Shown here piece after piece: positions 36,701 to 46,047 of a DNA stretch of 64,000 bases. A program made the position numbers and the translations under genes. This stretch comes from an uncultured virus (IMG/VR IMGVR_UViG_3300010885_058768). Taxonomy: Duplodnaviria; Heunggongvirae; Uroviricota; Caudoviricetes. The first letter of the stretch is position 1. Each line of letters opens with the position of its first letter. The notes beneath the pieces are model-generated. The model was not told where the DNA came from. It saw nothing but the letters and a program-made list of their open reading frames with translations, and made no database searches. The stretch is from positions 1 through 64,000 of the IMG/VR virus record IMGVR_UViG_3300010885_058768; one strand, 5' to 3'.

Positions 36701-37803
36701 AAGAGGCTGAACGCCTTGTTCGTGCTGGCTTCCTTCGTGGAGTGTCAGCGGACATGGACCAGTTTGAGGCAAAACAAACTAAAAGCAAGAAAAAAGATGC
36801 TGCTGAGGACGACGACATCTCCGCTGAGAAAATCGTTATAAATAAGGCCCGTGTCATGGCCATTACAATAGTACCTAAGCCAGCATTTCAGGAATGCAAA
36901 ATTCTTATCGACTCCGATGAGCTAGAAAATCCCCAGGAGGAAATTATGATTCTAAACGATGGAATCTATGTCGACGATGTCGACGCAAGTGACGCAGCTG
37001 CACTGGTTGCCTGTGGAGCAGTTGCTGGATCGATTCCAGTAGTGCCACCGGCTAACTGGTTTGTAAACCCTAAGCTGTCTAAGCCGACTCCGCTAACTGT
37101 CGACGACAGTGGTAGAGTATTTGGTCACATTGCCGCTTGGCACGTTGACCACATCGGCTTGACCGCGGGTACTAAGCCACCGCGCAGCAGAAGCAACTAC
37201 GCGTACTTCCACTCAGGAGTTGTCCGTGCCGATAATGGCAAGGACGTGCCTGTTGGCCAGTTGACACTCGCTGGTGGACACGCATCTATCGAGGCAAGTG
37301 CCTACGACGCAGTCAAGCACTATGATGACACAGCATCTGCCGTTGCAGACGTGCACGCTGGAGAAGACGAGTTTGGAATCTGGGTTGCAGGAGCTCTACG
37401 TCCTAGCGCGCAGCCGGAGCAAATTCGTGCACTTCGTGCTTCCGCTCCTTCAGGTGACTGGAGACCAATCAAGGGCTCACTTGAGCTTGTTGCAGTGTGT
37501 CAGGTAAACGTTCCTGGATTCCCAATTGCACGAGCACGCGTTGCCTCAGGTCAGGTTATGGCCTTGGTTGCAGCTGGTGCAGCGGTTCTTGCTAAACTAA
37601 AGCAGGACCCAATGACAGAACTGGCCTCCAGAGTACGTGAACTCGAGCAGTTTACTGGCAAGGAGCTTGCAACCAACGCGGCCAGTGCCAAGGCAAGATT
37701 CGCGTCTATCGTTGACGAGATGCCAAGCAAGAAGCCTGTGACTGCAAGCGTGGACTCCATGAGAGCCAAGATTGCAGCCGCCCAGGAGGCCCTGGGAAAA
37801 TAG
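33775..37803 (+). CDS. Multidomain capsid maturation protease-like protein
   Basis: ESGDGR..PIPLLWQ..H.GSVVVGRVD..GVSAD..TIVPKPAF (HK97-type protease); GRVFGHIAAW and SGDWR domain; duplicated KIRWGT domain. Confidence 0.75.
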   Translation: MAKIAGYNSSLVLLVEGENAVVVDTSKNLVVDSGTKEALASKKNWKKSKSCEVTPAMLEIADAALSSLDVSVITAAAGRLYTVPSSVQAEAKKALEWRKEHKRGGTPVGLSTARTLAKGGQIGLQKVRHIAKYFPRHEVDKKAKGYERGEDGFPSNGRIAWALWGGDAGWRWAKNIVERENKKALTSDGYALPGYSIDDDTYAISEPGYGADLNAFGDAHALDDGGPEFMARVRMDGSGMDRLYKVDVDGRVYFWDDGGWDDLGSIDGDIYFYDKSLDDPYDDCDKSHFIIDPDSALIISALLQQDPYTNVSVDDIDSHEASLARNAIAEEDWGMVDRVARASDEDPYYPMMAAAAMPVDKEAEKEEAPAPAVDTKGILGEPHKEDNAPAAKIDSELPALTAKDLGLILNDWPGWVMDQRKTTTEQGLVAQRTTTSDDYSVSDSVDTDKSYEHPLLKPWLDKKAAGISTKSTDNPALLSAAEPVSAKPTTVKDIEEAAKETKPGSEVTPGKTDVQPMYLAFVSPDDPHAVFDLIALVPASSTSNQPMTYRRQDKKWVRYPSALQDLKSATPPPVVPLDKEALDATLKQIDGMYEALNASVFSVDHQLMVLWGPSAVRMEDALVAAGGVDKNRGNAERLRRYWSHGKGAAKIRWGTKGDWSRCVRHLSKFLGVRAKGYCQLRHKEATGMYTATHAKLDRAKHNSNSEFIMEEVYAKNTGVPTAVTEQDMAKKLTEIMVEHDDVYDHHWKPEPQIVDDLKRLNLLDDEEFEAIVAAGGFDRNRGNAEELRRYWTVGKGAKKIRWGTGGDWTRCVRQLSKYLGPRAKGYCQLRHKEVTGEYTGDRAHMEKYGHLKKKTWRDRLKLFSIEEKVIELAERDALAAGLRERMGLTASAVETGAGSAFRIPLAIPEDVESGDGRLFKKDSITVRELPIPLLWQLKTGEGHSGSVVVGRVDRLERVENGIGNAYGVFDDGKHGKEAERLVRAGFLRGVSADMDQFEAKQTKSKKKDAAEDDDISAEKIVINKARVMAITIVPKPAFQECKILIDSDELENPQEEIMILNDGIYVDDVDASDAAALVACGAVAGSIPVVPPANWFVNPKLSKPTPLTVDDSGRVFGHIAAWHVDHIGLTAGTKPPRSRSNYAYFHSGVVRADNGKDVPVGQLTLAGGHASIEASAYDAVKHYDDTASAVADVHAGEDEFGIWVAGALRPSAQPEQIRALRASAPSGDWRPIKGSLELVAVCQVNVPGFPIARARVASGQVMALVAAGAAVLAKLKQDPMTELASRVRELEQFTGKELATNAASAKARFASIVDEMPSKKPVTASVDSMRAKIAAAQEALGK

Positions 37804-38357
37804 TTGCGGTTGAGGCCAGCGCAGCTGGACTTATCAACCAAGAAGGCGATAAGTACAATGCAGACACTCAACCGCGGGACATCAAGGGAAAGTTTAGAAC
37901 AGTGCTAGCACGTCTAAAGCAAGACCTAGGTGTCGCCGGCCTTGACGCGGCTGTTAAAAAAATTGCCGAGGCAGAAAACATAAATAACGCCGGCAACTAC
38001 GTAGAGGCTGCGGCTCGTGCAAACGACGTCATAAGTCTCGTCGACCGTGTTCATAGTGGAGCCCTAACCGGTCCGTCACTAGAAAACATTAGAGAGTCAG
38101 CTGGTGCTCTTGGAGCTGCGATGGCCAACCTGCCATTGCCGTTTGGTCAAGAGAACCAAAAGCTGGCATTCAGCGATCTTCCTCCTTCACTGAAGAATCT
38201 TGTGAAAAGCATGATTCCAAGGGTAGAAGCGAGGATAGGAGATAAAGACGCGCGAAGTGCAATCAAGCCTTTGCAAGACTTTATGTCAGGCGGAGCACTG
38301 TACAGTCAGAGCCAATTATCGGCCGAGATGAACACTTTACTCCGGTTGCTTACTTAG
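37800..38357 (+). CDS. Probable -1 frameshift extension of the protease gene (track ORF 37902..38357)
   Basis: Frame is open from slippery GGGAAAA 37794-37800; contains QPRDIKGKF. Confidence 0.7.
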   Translation: MVAVEASAAGLINQEGDKYNADTQPRDIKGKFRTVLARLKQDLGVAGLDAAVKKIAEAENINNAGNYVEAAARANDVISLVDRVHSGALTGPSLENIRESAGALGAAMANLPLPFGQENQKLAFSDLPPSLKNLVKSMIPRVEARIGDKDARSAIKPLQDFMSGGALYSQSQLSAEMNTLLRLLT

Positions 38358-38476
38358 AAGCAATATACAATAATGTACTAGGTGGAGCGCCTACATGCAA
38401 ACGCGTGGAGTCCCTTTACCTTGAACTAACAAGTGGTAAGTGAAATACACTTACTCAACTGTCCTTAGGAGGAACA

Positions 38477-40522
38477 GTGGACCAGATTAAGTCACAGGTA
38501 GACAACCTGGCTGACCTTAGCGACGAGCAAGTCGCTGAGCTCCAGGCATCTATCATCAGTGAATTCGAATCGGTCGAGGGTCAGGAACCTACTCCACAGA
38601 CTGTTGACGCTATGACTTCGCTCGCAGACATGCTTGACACCGTCCGCGGTGAGACCAAGCGTCGCGAAGCAGCTACCCAGGAGCTTGCAACGCAAGCCGC
38701 CGAGGCTGCTATGCGTGTTAAGGGCGAGGAAGAGGCACCAGCTGACGCTGAGGCATCCCATGAGGAAGCACCAGAAGAAGTTGGAGAGACTCCTGAAGAG
38801 GAGAAGAAGGAAGACGAGATGACTGAAGAGTCAGCTGTGTATTCTGCCGAAGCCGCTCAAGAAGCATCAACAACTGCTGAAGCCGGAACCGACGAACCTG
38901 TCGCCGATGAAGAAGTACCCCCAACCGAAGAAACACCTAGTGCTCCTCAAGAAGAGCAGAAAGAGCAGGCCCCAGTGACCGCTTCAGCAGAAGAGAGCTT
39001 CCAGGCTCCAGCTGACCGCCAGCCTGTAGTCGAAGTTAAGGAAGCAAAAGTGGCAATCACCGCTGGCGCTGACATTCCTGGCTACACCGCCGGCAGCACC
39101 ATCGACAACCTAAGCGAAGTAGCTTCAGCTATGGAAAAGCGTATCCACTCGCTTCGCCGCGTTAACGGAGGAGACGGAGAGCAGCACATCGTTGCGTCCT
39201 TCACCACCGCGTACCCAGAGTCACGCACTCTAACAACCGACGCAGAGTCAAACTGGACCAAGATTCAGGCAGTCGCGGGACCTGAGGCACTTGTTGCTTC
39301 TGGTGGTCACGCTACTCCATTCGAGGTCAAGTACGACATCTTTGCAATCGGTTCTACCACCATTCGTCCTATTCGCGACTCTCTACCTCGCTTCCAGGCT
39401 GACCGTGGCGGTATCCGTTTCATCACTCCACCTAGCTTCGCTGGCGCAACATACGACAGCGCAGTTGGTATCTGGACAGCCGGTGTTGACCAATACGGAG
39501 CAAACGGACTAACTGCATTGTCACTTAGCGCGACTGCAATTTCTGGTAGCTCAGGTGCATACGTAATTGGTGTAACTAACAACACTATTCCAGTTGGCGC
39601 AAAGGTAACCTTTGGTACTATTGGAACTGCTACTACACTAAGTAACATCACAGCTAACGTGACTGCGTCAACAAGCACCACTATTACCATCGACACCACA
39701 ACTGCTATTTCAGGCACTCCGTCTTCCGGTACCGTGTCTCCTGTAACAGTGAAGGGCTCATACACTGCATCTGCAGCTTCTGAAAACACCGTTGCAACTG
39801 ACGCTGTAACACTACAGCTACAGTTCGGTAACTTGATGTCTCGTGCTTACCCAGAGTTGATTGCTCGTCACAACGAACTTGCTCTAGTACAGCACGCTCG
39901 TGAAGCTGAGGACAACCTGTTGGCTAAGATCAACGCGGGTTCTACTGCAGTCACCACGCAGACCAACCTTGGTTTTGCTCGTGACTTCCTAGTTCAGGTG
40001 CGTCGTGCAGCTATGGCTTACCGTTCACGTCACCGTATCGATCCTCAGACTCGTCTGAAGGCAATCCTTCCGGTGTGGGTTTACGAGGCAATGGCAGCTG
40101 ACCTAACCTTGGCAATGCCAGGCGACGGCACTCTAGCTGTGTCAAAGTCAGAGATCGATGGTTTCCTATCGGCTCTAAACGTTGACGTTGTCACTCACCT
40201 AGACGACAGCTCAAACAACGGTGTATTCGGTACCCAAAGCGCCGGTGTACTGCTCGAGTTCCCGGACACCTTCCGTTGGTTCTTGTTCGCTGAAGGAACA
40301 TTCTTGTTCCTAGACGGCGGAACTCTAGACCTAGGTATCATCCGTGACAGCTCTCTAGTTGGCACAAACGACTACAAGATGTTCATTGAAACATTCGAGA
40401 ACGTTGCAAAGGTTGGTATCGAGTCTCTAGCGATTACCTCAACCATCAACGTATCTGGTGCAGCTGCGGCTCTTGTAACTGCAACATCAACAACATCTGC
40501 TGCTACATCTAACGACCTGTAA
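38477..40522 (+). CDS. Major capsid protein with N-terminal scaffold-like region
   Basis: AGGAGG RBS; acidic coiled N-terminus; RPIRDSLPRFQADRGG, GTLDLGIIRDS..NDYKMFIETFE. Confidence 0.85.
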   Translation: MDQIKSQVDNLADLSDEQVAELQASIISEFESVEGQEPTPQTVDAMTSLADMLDTVRGETKRREAATQELATQAAEAAMRVKGEEEAPADAEASHEEAPEEVGETPEEEKKEDEMTEESAVYSAEAAQEASTTAEAGTDEPVADEEVPPTEETPSAPQEEQKEQAPVTASAEESFQAPADRQPVVEVKEAKVAITAGADIPGYTAGSTIDNLSEVASAMEKRIHSLRRVNGGDGEQHIVASFTTAYPESRTLTTDAESNWTKIQAVAGPEALVASGGHATPFEVKYDIFAIGSTTIRPIRDSLPRFQADRGGIRFITPPSFAGATYDSAVGIWTAGVDQYGANGLTALSLSATAISGSSGAYVIGVTNNTIPVGAKVTFGTIGTATTLSNITANVTASTSTTITIDTTTAISGTPSSGTVSPVTVKGSYTASAASENTVATDAVTLQLQFGNLMSRAYPELIARHNELALVQHAREAEDNLLAKINAGSTAVTTQTNLGFARDFLVQVRRAAMAYRSRHRIDPQTRLKAILPVWVYEAMAADLTLAMPGDGTLAVSKSEIDGFLSALNVDVVTHLDDSSNNGVFGTQSAGVLLEFPDTFRWFLFAEGTFLFLDGGTLDLGIIRDSSLVGTNDYKMFIETFENVAKVGIESLAITSTINVSGAAAALVTATSTTSAATSNDL

Positions 40523-40536
40523 AAAGCAACGTCTTT

Positions 40537-40570
40537 TTGCTGGGGTGGTCTTTTATGGCCACCCCAGCAA
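40537..40570. terminator. Strong hairpin after the capsid gene
   Basis: TTGCTGGGGTGGTC-TTTTAT-GGCCACCCCAGCAA. Confidence 0.65.
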
Positions 40571-40603
40571 TAAGAGTAAGATTTTAAATTAAGGATTTGA
40601 AAA

Positions 40604-41695
40604 ATGGCTTTTCCAAAGAATGGCGTAGTAGAGGCACCAAAGATTATGCCCTCCGCTTTTGGCCTACTTGCAGTAGTCAAGCCTGAGAATTCTGCAGACG
40701 AAGACATGTGGATTCGTGGGTTTTCGCAGGAATACGAAACTGAACTCTACGCAGCAAAAAACTGGGATGACACCGACACTACTAGTTCTGTAGTTGTAGC
40801 TGCAGGTGTCCCTAATTATTTCACTAAAATTGATCCCTTCTTTGTTGAAGTAGAAGAGCTTCGCTCAGGCTTAGGATTTCTAGGTCTTGACCGCATCGAA
40901 CGTCTAAAGCGTCAACTTGAGGGTGTCACTCAAGACGCTATGGAGCAAGAACTTTGGGACGGTGGTATTCGAATTAGTGAAAGCCACCCTAATCGCGCTT
41001 TAGTTTCTTCTGGAGTTACCGTTCTTGATGGTACGGGACTTTCATCAAAACGTGCTTTGGCAGTGCTAGAGCATGGCATTGGTGCGGCATCAGAATCTGG
41101 CGAGCAGGGAGTTATTCACGCAACTCGCGATGTAGTTGCTCTTTTTTCAGCCAACTCAAATATGCTTTTTCACGATAAAATTAGTGAACACTTGCAGACC
41201 TATGGTGGAACGCCTATAGTTGTCGGCAGTGGCTACAGTGGTAACGGTCCTCGTATTGCGGTTGCTACAGCAACTATTAGCGGTAGCACTACGCTAACTA
41301 TCAACACTTCAGGCGACCACTACCTACTTGCAGGTGACACTGTTCGCTACTCTGTAGTTGGAGCAAACATCAACCAGTCCTCTACTTCTACAGCAGTTGT
41401 CACTAAAGTCGACGCTGACACAGTAACAATTACTATTGCAAGTGCCACTAACCAAGGTCAAGAACCGGTTACTGGCTTTATTCAGCAGTTGGGAACCAAC
41501 TCTGCAAAATGGATTTACGGCACAGGAACTGTTCGCTCATACGTGGGCAAGGTCGATGTCGTAAACGACAACTTAGCTCAAGGCTATGACGTGTCGGGTA
41601 ACAAAAATGACATGCGTCTCAAAGCAATCCGCCCAGCGGCTGTTTACTTTGACACATCCATCCACCTAGCTGTTCGAGTCGATCTAACAGCCTAA
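40604..41695 (+). CDS. Minor capsid / second capsid-like protein
   Basis: Follows MCP; EQELWDG, GVIHA, T.GGTPIVVGSGY, WIYGTG.V. Confidence 0.6.
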   Translation: MAFPKNGVVEAPKIMPSAFGLLAVVKPENSADEDMWIRGFSQEYETELYAAKNWDDTDTTSSVVVAAGVPNYFTKIDPFFVEVEELRSGLGFLGLDRIERLKRQLEGVTQDAMEQELWDGGIRISESHPNRALVSSGVTVLDGTGLSSKRALAVLEHGIGAASESGEQGVIHATRDVVALFSANSNMLFHDKISEHLQTYGGTPIVVGSGYSGNGPRIAVATATISGSTTLTINTSGDHYLLAGDTVRYSVVGANINQSSTSTAVVTKVDADTVTITIASATNQGQEPVTGFIQQLGTNSAKWIYGTGTVRSYVGKVDVVNDNLAQGYDVSGNKNDMRLKAIRPAAVYFDTSIHLAVRVDLTA

Positions 41696-41717
41696 CAAGA
41701 AATAAGGAGAAAAGGCT

Positions 41718-43250
41718 ATGCCTACTCAAGATTACGCAGCCAGCATCCAGGGTGTGGCCATCCGTGTCACCCGTTTGGACGCCGCTGGTAAGCTACTAAA
41801 CGGACCAGGCGACAGCTACGTAACGTCAGCTTTCATGCGTGTTTCGTTCACTCCAGAATACGAAGAAGGCGACGAAATAACCGAGAAGTCGGCTAACGGC
41901 GCAGTTTGCGTGACCTATAAGTCTCCAGACACACTAAAGCGTATTACCATGGAACTTGCTATCTGTGAACCAGACCCAGAGCTAACTAACCTAGTTGCCG
42001 GTGGTCTGCTTCTTCGCAAGAACCTTGGAACAACACTCGCTGACGCAGCTACAAAGACCAGCTCAATTGGTTGGGCAGCTCCAGCTGTTGGAGACGACCC
42101 TGCTGGCTACGGTGTAGCTATTGAGGCATGGTCACTTGCAATCAAGGATGGAAAGAGGGCGACAAGCCTTCCTTTCTTCTACTGGGTATTCCCGTTCGTG
42201 AAGCTGCGCCAGTCTGGCGACCGCGTAATCGAAAACGGCATGCTTGCAAGCACCTTCGAAGGTTATGGTCTAGGAAACATCAACTTCAACTGGGGTCCTG
42301 ATGGCCGTTGGGAATTCCCAACCGCCGCGGAGCGTCCGTACTCATACGCGCGTTCAGATTGGGCGCCAACTGGTCTAAAGGGTTTCTACACCTGGAACTA
42401 CATCGGCGAAGGCTCTACTGAGCTCAACACTCCTGCCTACAACGCAGTTACCTCTCTAGACGGAATCTCAGCTGTAACAGCTACAGCTAAACTAAGCTCT
42501 AACGTGGTGACCTTGACTACTACCACACCTCACGGTTTCGTAAACGGTCAGACCGTTACAGTTGAGGGTGTTGACCGTTCGTTCGTAATCACTAAGAAGA
42601 AGCTAGACACTAACGTGGTTACACTTACCTTTGGAGCTAAGCACAACTTCATAGTTAACGACACCATCGTGGTTGCCGGAGTTGACAGCACCTTCAACGG
42701 CACCTACACCGTTGCAAGCGTGCCTGCCGGTGAAACTACTCTCACCTACGCGAAGACCGCGGACAACGTCACAGAGGTCAACGTCAGCGGCGGAACTGCT
42801 ACTCGTACTCTGTTCGATGGTTCATACGCCATCAGCGGTGTACCGAGCACGACTTCGTTCACCTACGCACGTACTCACGCGAACGTTGCTGGAATGCTCT
42901 TGGCCGCAGGCACAAGCGGAAGCGCCTTTACCACTGCTTCAGCTCACGGCTTAGCGGTTGGAGACAGAATCAACGTCACTGAAGCTGTCTCATCTGTTGC
43001 AGGTGCGTATAACGTAACTAACGCGCTTATCACAGCAGTCGGCAGCACGACAACCTTAACCATCGACACGACACCTTCGGGCACCTGGACATCGGGCGGA
43101 ACTGTAGCTCTTGTCGTACCTTCTGGTTCAGTTGTCTCAGTTCCATCGGTCAGCGGAGCTTCAAGCTACAACGTCCCTGGAAACGTCAACTTCAATGCTG
43201 ACCTAGCAGTTGACCGCGTAATCAGCTCAAACGAGGACCCAACCGCGTAA
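41718..43250 (+). CDS. Major tail (tube) protein with C-terminal decoration domains
   Basis: IRVTRLDAAG, EYEEGDEITEKSANGAVCV; position. Confidence 0.8.
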   Translation: MPTQDYAASIQGVAIRVTRLDAAGKLLNGPGDSYVTSAFMRVSFTPEYEEGDEITEKSANGAVCVTYKSPDTLKRITMELAICEPDPELTNLVAGGLLLRKNLGTTLADAATKTSSIGWAAPAVGDDPAGYGVAIEAWSLAIKDGKRATSLPFFYWVFPFVKLRQSGDRVIENGMLASTFEGYGLGNINFNWGPDGRWEFPTAAERPYSYARSDWAPTGLKGFYTWNYIGEGSTELNTPAYNAVTSLDGISAVTATAKLSSNVVTLTTTTPHGFVNGQTVTVEGVDRSFVITKKKLDTNVVTLTFGAKHNFIVNDTIVVAGVDSTFNGTYTVASVPAGETTLTYAKTADNVTEVNVSGGTATRTLFDGSYAISGVPSTTSFTYARTHANVAGMLLAAGTSGSAFTTASAHGLAVGDRINVTEAVSSVAGAYNVTNALITAVGSTTTLTIDTTPSGTWTSGGTVALVVPSGSVVSVPSVSGASSYNVPGNVNFNADLAVDRVISSNEDPTA

Positions 43251-43257
43251 GAGTATT

Positions 43258-43312
43258 AAGAAGGGCGGCGCGTCAAGAATAAATGCAATCTAGACGCGTC
43301 GCCTTCTTTCTT
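43258..43312 (+). terminator. Terminator hairpin
   Basis: AAGAAGGGCGGCGCGTC...GACGCGTCGCCTTCTTTCTT. Confidence 0.7.
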
Positions 43313-43328
43313 AGCTAAAGGAGACTAA

Positions 43329-44426
43329 ATGACAGCTCTATGGGTAACACCGGCCGAACTTGGTCAATACGCTAACACCGAGTTTGCTCAGGAAGCCTGC
43401 GAGGCCGCTTCGTACCTACTCTGGGGAATGTCCGGTAGAAAATACACCGGAGTAACCACCGTCACCGAGAAATACGTTTGCGCGAAGCGCGCGTATCGCA
43501 TCGGCGCGTCCTCTAAAAATTACTACGCCGCTCTTATCTCCGGCGAGGTATACAACATCCCAATCTCTGACTTCGACCAGTACGCCGAACTTGTCGCTGA
43601 CGGGCTATCTCCAGAGTCTAGAGTTAGACTACGCGGAAGACCGGTCACGCAGATACATGCGATTAGAACTCGAGACGGTAAAATCGTAGACCCGAGCGGG
43701 TACTACTTAGTAGACCACTCAACAATCCAAGCCTCCTCAGGCGTGCCGTGGACTCCGTGTAACATAGAGGTCACCTATTCGTACGGCAGCGAGGTTCCAG
43801 CCGCTGGAAAAATGGCCGCTCGCACGCTGGCACTAGAATTTGCAAAGCTCTGGGCAGGAGACGATGACTGCATGCTTCCACAGCGTATTACGTCTATCTC
43901 TCGTCAAGGAGTCTCCTACACGCTGCTCGACAGCCAGGACTTTATCGCAGAGCTACGGACAGGTCTTTACGCCATTGACTTGTTTTTAAAGACCGTAAAC
44001 CCCGATGGAGCTAAGTCCCGTGCAAGAGTCTTTTCTCCAGATGTTCCACGGGCGCGTAGGTACACTCCAAAGAGTCCTGTTCTTGCGGCTAGCTCTTTGC
44101 TTGACATCGTCATAATCAAGGACAACACGGCTAACTACTCTACGGTCGGCAAGGGACTAGACACGACTATCTTTGTCGACGAGCCAGGCTGGTCTCCAAA
44201 AGTTGTAGTGCACAACTGGAGTGGCACCAAGTCCGTGCAACTACCAGGCGCATTAGTCGGCGCGTCTGACGTATCTTTTTCAATCGACTATAAGAACGCG
44301 TTGTCTATTCTTGGAATGGTCGACCCGGGAACCTGGACGCTATACGCAACTAAGATTGTCGGCGGAGTCGAGAGTCTAGTAGAATTAGCTACAGGAAATC
44401 TAAAAATCCAGTTATACACCACCTAA
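43329..44426 (+). CDS. Head-to-tail adaptor
   Basis: ASYLLWGMSGRKY, LPQRITSISRQGVS, TGLYAIDLFLKTVNP. Confidence 0.75.
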   Translation: MTALWVTPAELGQYANTEFAQEACEAASYLLWGMSGRKYTGVTTVTEKYVCAKRAYRIGASSKNYYAALISGEVYNIPISDFDQYAELVADGLSPESRVRLRGRPVTQIHAIRTRDGKIVDPSGYYLVDHSTIQASSGVPWTPCNIEVTYSYGSEVPAAGKMAARTLALEFAKLWAGDDDCMLPQRITSISRQGVSYTLLDSQDFIAELRTGLYAIDLFLKTVNPDGAKSRARVFSPDVPRARRYTPKSPVLAASSLLDIVIIKDNTANYSTVGKGLDTTIFVDEPGWSPKVVVHNWSGTKSVQLPGALVGASDVSFSIDYKNALSILGMVDPGTWTLYATKIVGGVESLVELATGNLKIQLYTT

Positions 44427-44442
44427 CAAAGAAAGAGTAATC

Positions 44443-44679
44443 ATGACAGTATACCAAACTAACTTTACTGCTGACGACGTTATCTACGTTGAAAACGGAG
44501 TAGTTGTCGCTGTTGGCCAGCAGAAGGTAGAAGAGCCTAAGGTTGTAGAAGAGCCTAAGGTTGCAAAAAAGGCTGAGGTTGTTGAAGAGCCAGAGGTTGT
44601 AGAACCTGAGGTTGTTGAAGAGCCAGAGGTTGTAGAACCTGAGGTTGTTGAAGAGGCAGTGTCAGAAGACGCTGAATAG
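44443..44679 (+). CDS. Small acidic protein with EEPKVV/EPEVV repeats
   Basis: Tandem DNA repeats ~44525-44655. Confidence 0.7.
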   Translation: MTVYQTNFTADDVIYVENGVVVAVGQQKVEEPKVVEEPKVAKKAEVVEEPEVVEPEVVEEPEVVEPEVVEEAVSEDAE

Positions 44680-44681
44680 CA

Positions 44682-45188
44682 TTGAGCCTGCCTGTAAACT
44701 TAGCTGACGTTTCGGTAGACGCCTTACATCTAAAAAACATGATGGATGGCGTCATCGAGCGCGTCTGCTCTATCTACCAATCGTACAACGTCCCACTTCC
44801 AAATAAGAAATACTGGACGATGGGAACGCCGGTTATAGACTGTGAACAGGTAGTTGCCTCATTTAGCCAGTTGTATTTAGGCGCGCCGGGAGACCAGGCC
44901 TCAGAGCCACAGCGCTGTAACGTGCCAAGAACTGTCACAATGACCGTAAGTATCGCTAGATCGTTTCCTACGTCTGGTCAAAACGGACGACCTCCGTCTG
45001 CTGAGACTATAGAAAAGGCGTCATCTCTATCTGCGATAGACGCTTGGATTCTCATAGAATCTGTTCGTCTCTTTGACATGTGGGACGACAGCACCTTTGG
45101 CCCTGGAGTAATTGCAACTGTCGACGTGGCAGAGCCTACCGGTGGAATCCAGTTAGTAAATATGCAGCTAACTATGGCGGTTCCATAA
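44682..45188 (+). CDS. Tail terminator / neck-like protein
   Basis: Position and size. Confidence 0.55.
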   Translation: MSLPVNLADVSVDALHLKNMMDGVIERVCSIYQSYNVPLPNKKYWTMGTPVIDCEQVVASFSQLYLGAPGDQASEPQRCNVPRTVTMTVSIARSFPTSGQNGRPPSAETIEKASSLSAIDAWILIESVRLFDMWDDSTFGPGVIATVDVAEPTGGIQLVNMQLTMAVP

Positions 45189-45607
45189 TGGCTATTCAGG
45201 TAGAAAAAATAGGCAATTTCAAAAAGAATCAGCCGGCGTTCGACAACTTTTTCAACGAGCCTGCCGGGCAGACCGGAAGATTTATACACAAGAGAATCAC
45301 TAAAAAGATTCTTGTAGGCGCTAAGGGCAAGGTCGGCGTAAAGTCTGGAGCTCTTAGACAAAGCATTCGTCCAACACACATTAGAATTCCTGCCGGACAG
45401 TTTGTCATAATCGGCTCTGGGCTAGACTACGCGTACCTACATCACGAAGGAACACGGCCACATCTTATAGTGCCTAACCAGGCTAAAATGCTGCGTTTCG
45501 TTTCCCATGGAAGAATGGTGCACACGCGGATTGTACGCCACCCTGGAACAAGACCAAACCACTATCTAACACTTCCAATGCTAGAGGCTCTTTGGGGCAT
45601 AAGGTAA
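45188..45607 (+). CDS. HK97 gp10-like neck protein (start re-called at ATG 45188)
   Basis: VKSGALRQSI, YAYLHHEGTRPH, VRHPGTRPNHYL. Confidence 0.7.
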   Translation: MAIQVEKIGNFKKNQPAFDNFFNEPAGQTGRFIHKRITKKILVGAKGKVGVKSGALRQSIRPTHIRIPAGQFVIIGSGLDYAYLHHEGTRPHLIVPNQAKMLRFVSHGRMVHTRIVRHPGTRPNHYLTLPMLEALWGIR

Positions 45608-45705
45608 TAAGTCACCTTTGCTGTACGATGGTACAATCGTTTAGGGACAACACCCATATCCAAATACCGTAACACACACCCTATACAGCAGATTGGAAAA
45701 CGCTA

Positions 45706-46047
45706 ATGACAGCAAATAGATTCAAAGACTTTGGCTCTGGAGTATCAGACATCACAAAGGAACCTCTTGTATTTAAGCTCTATGGAGAAGAATACAGATG
45801 CATGCCTAACGTTCAAGGAAAAGTTATGCTAGAACTTGTGGCCGACTCTTCCTCTGAGGACCCAGCGGTCTCAGCAAGAACACTTGCAACATTTTTTAGC
45901 AAGGTACTTTTAAAGGAAGACCTTGAAAAGTTTAACGAGCTTCTCGACAGTCAGGACAAGATTGTCTCAGTTGAGACTCTAAGCGAAATCAGTGCTTGGC
46001 TTATTGAACAGTACACTTCACGCCCAAATCAGCAGCCAGAGGTTTAG
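45706..46047 (+). CDS. Tail assembly chaperone (G-like)
   Basis: Two ORFs before tape measure; slippery CCCAAAT at 46023. Confidence 0.8.
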   Translation: MTANRFKDFGSGVSDITKEPLVFKLYGEEYRCMPNVQGKVMLELVADSSSEDPAVSARTLATFFSKVLLKEDLEKFNELLDSQDKIVSVETLSEISAWLIEQYTSRPNQQPEV

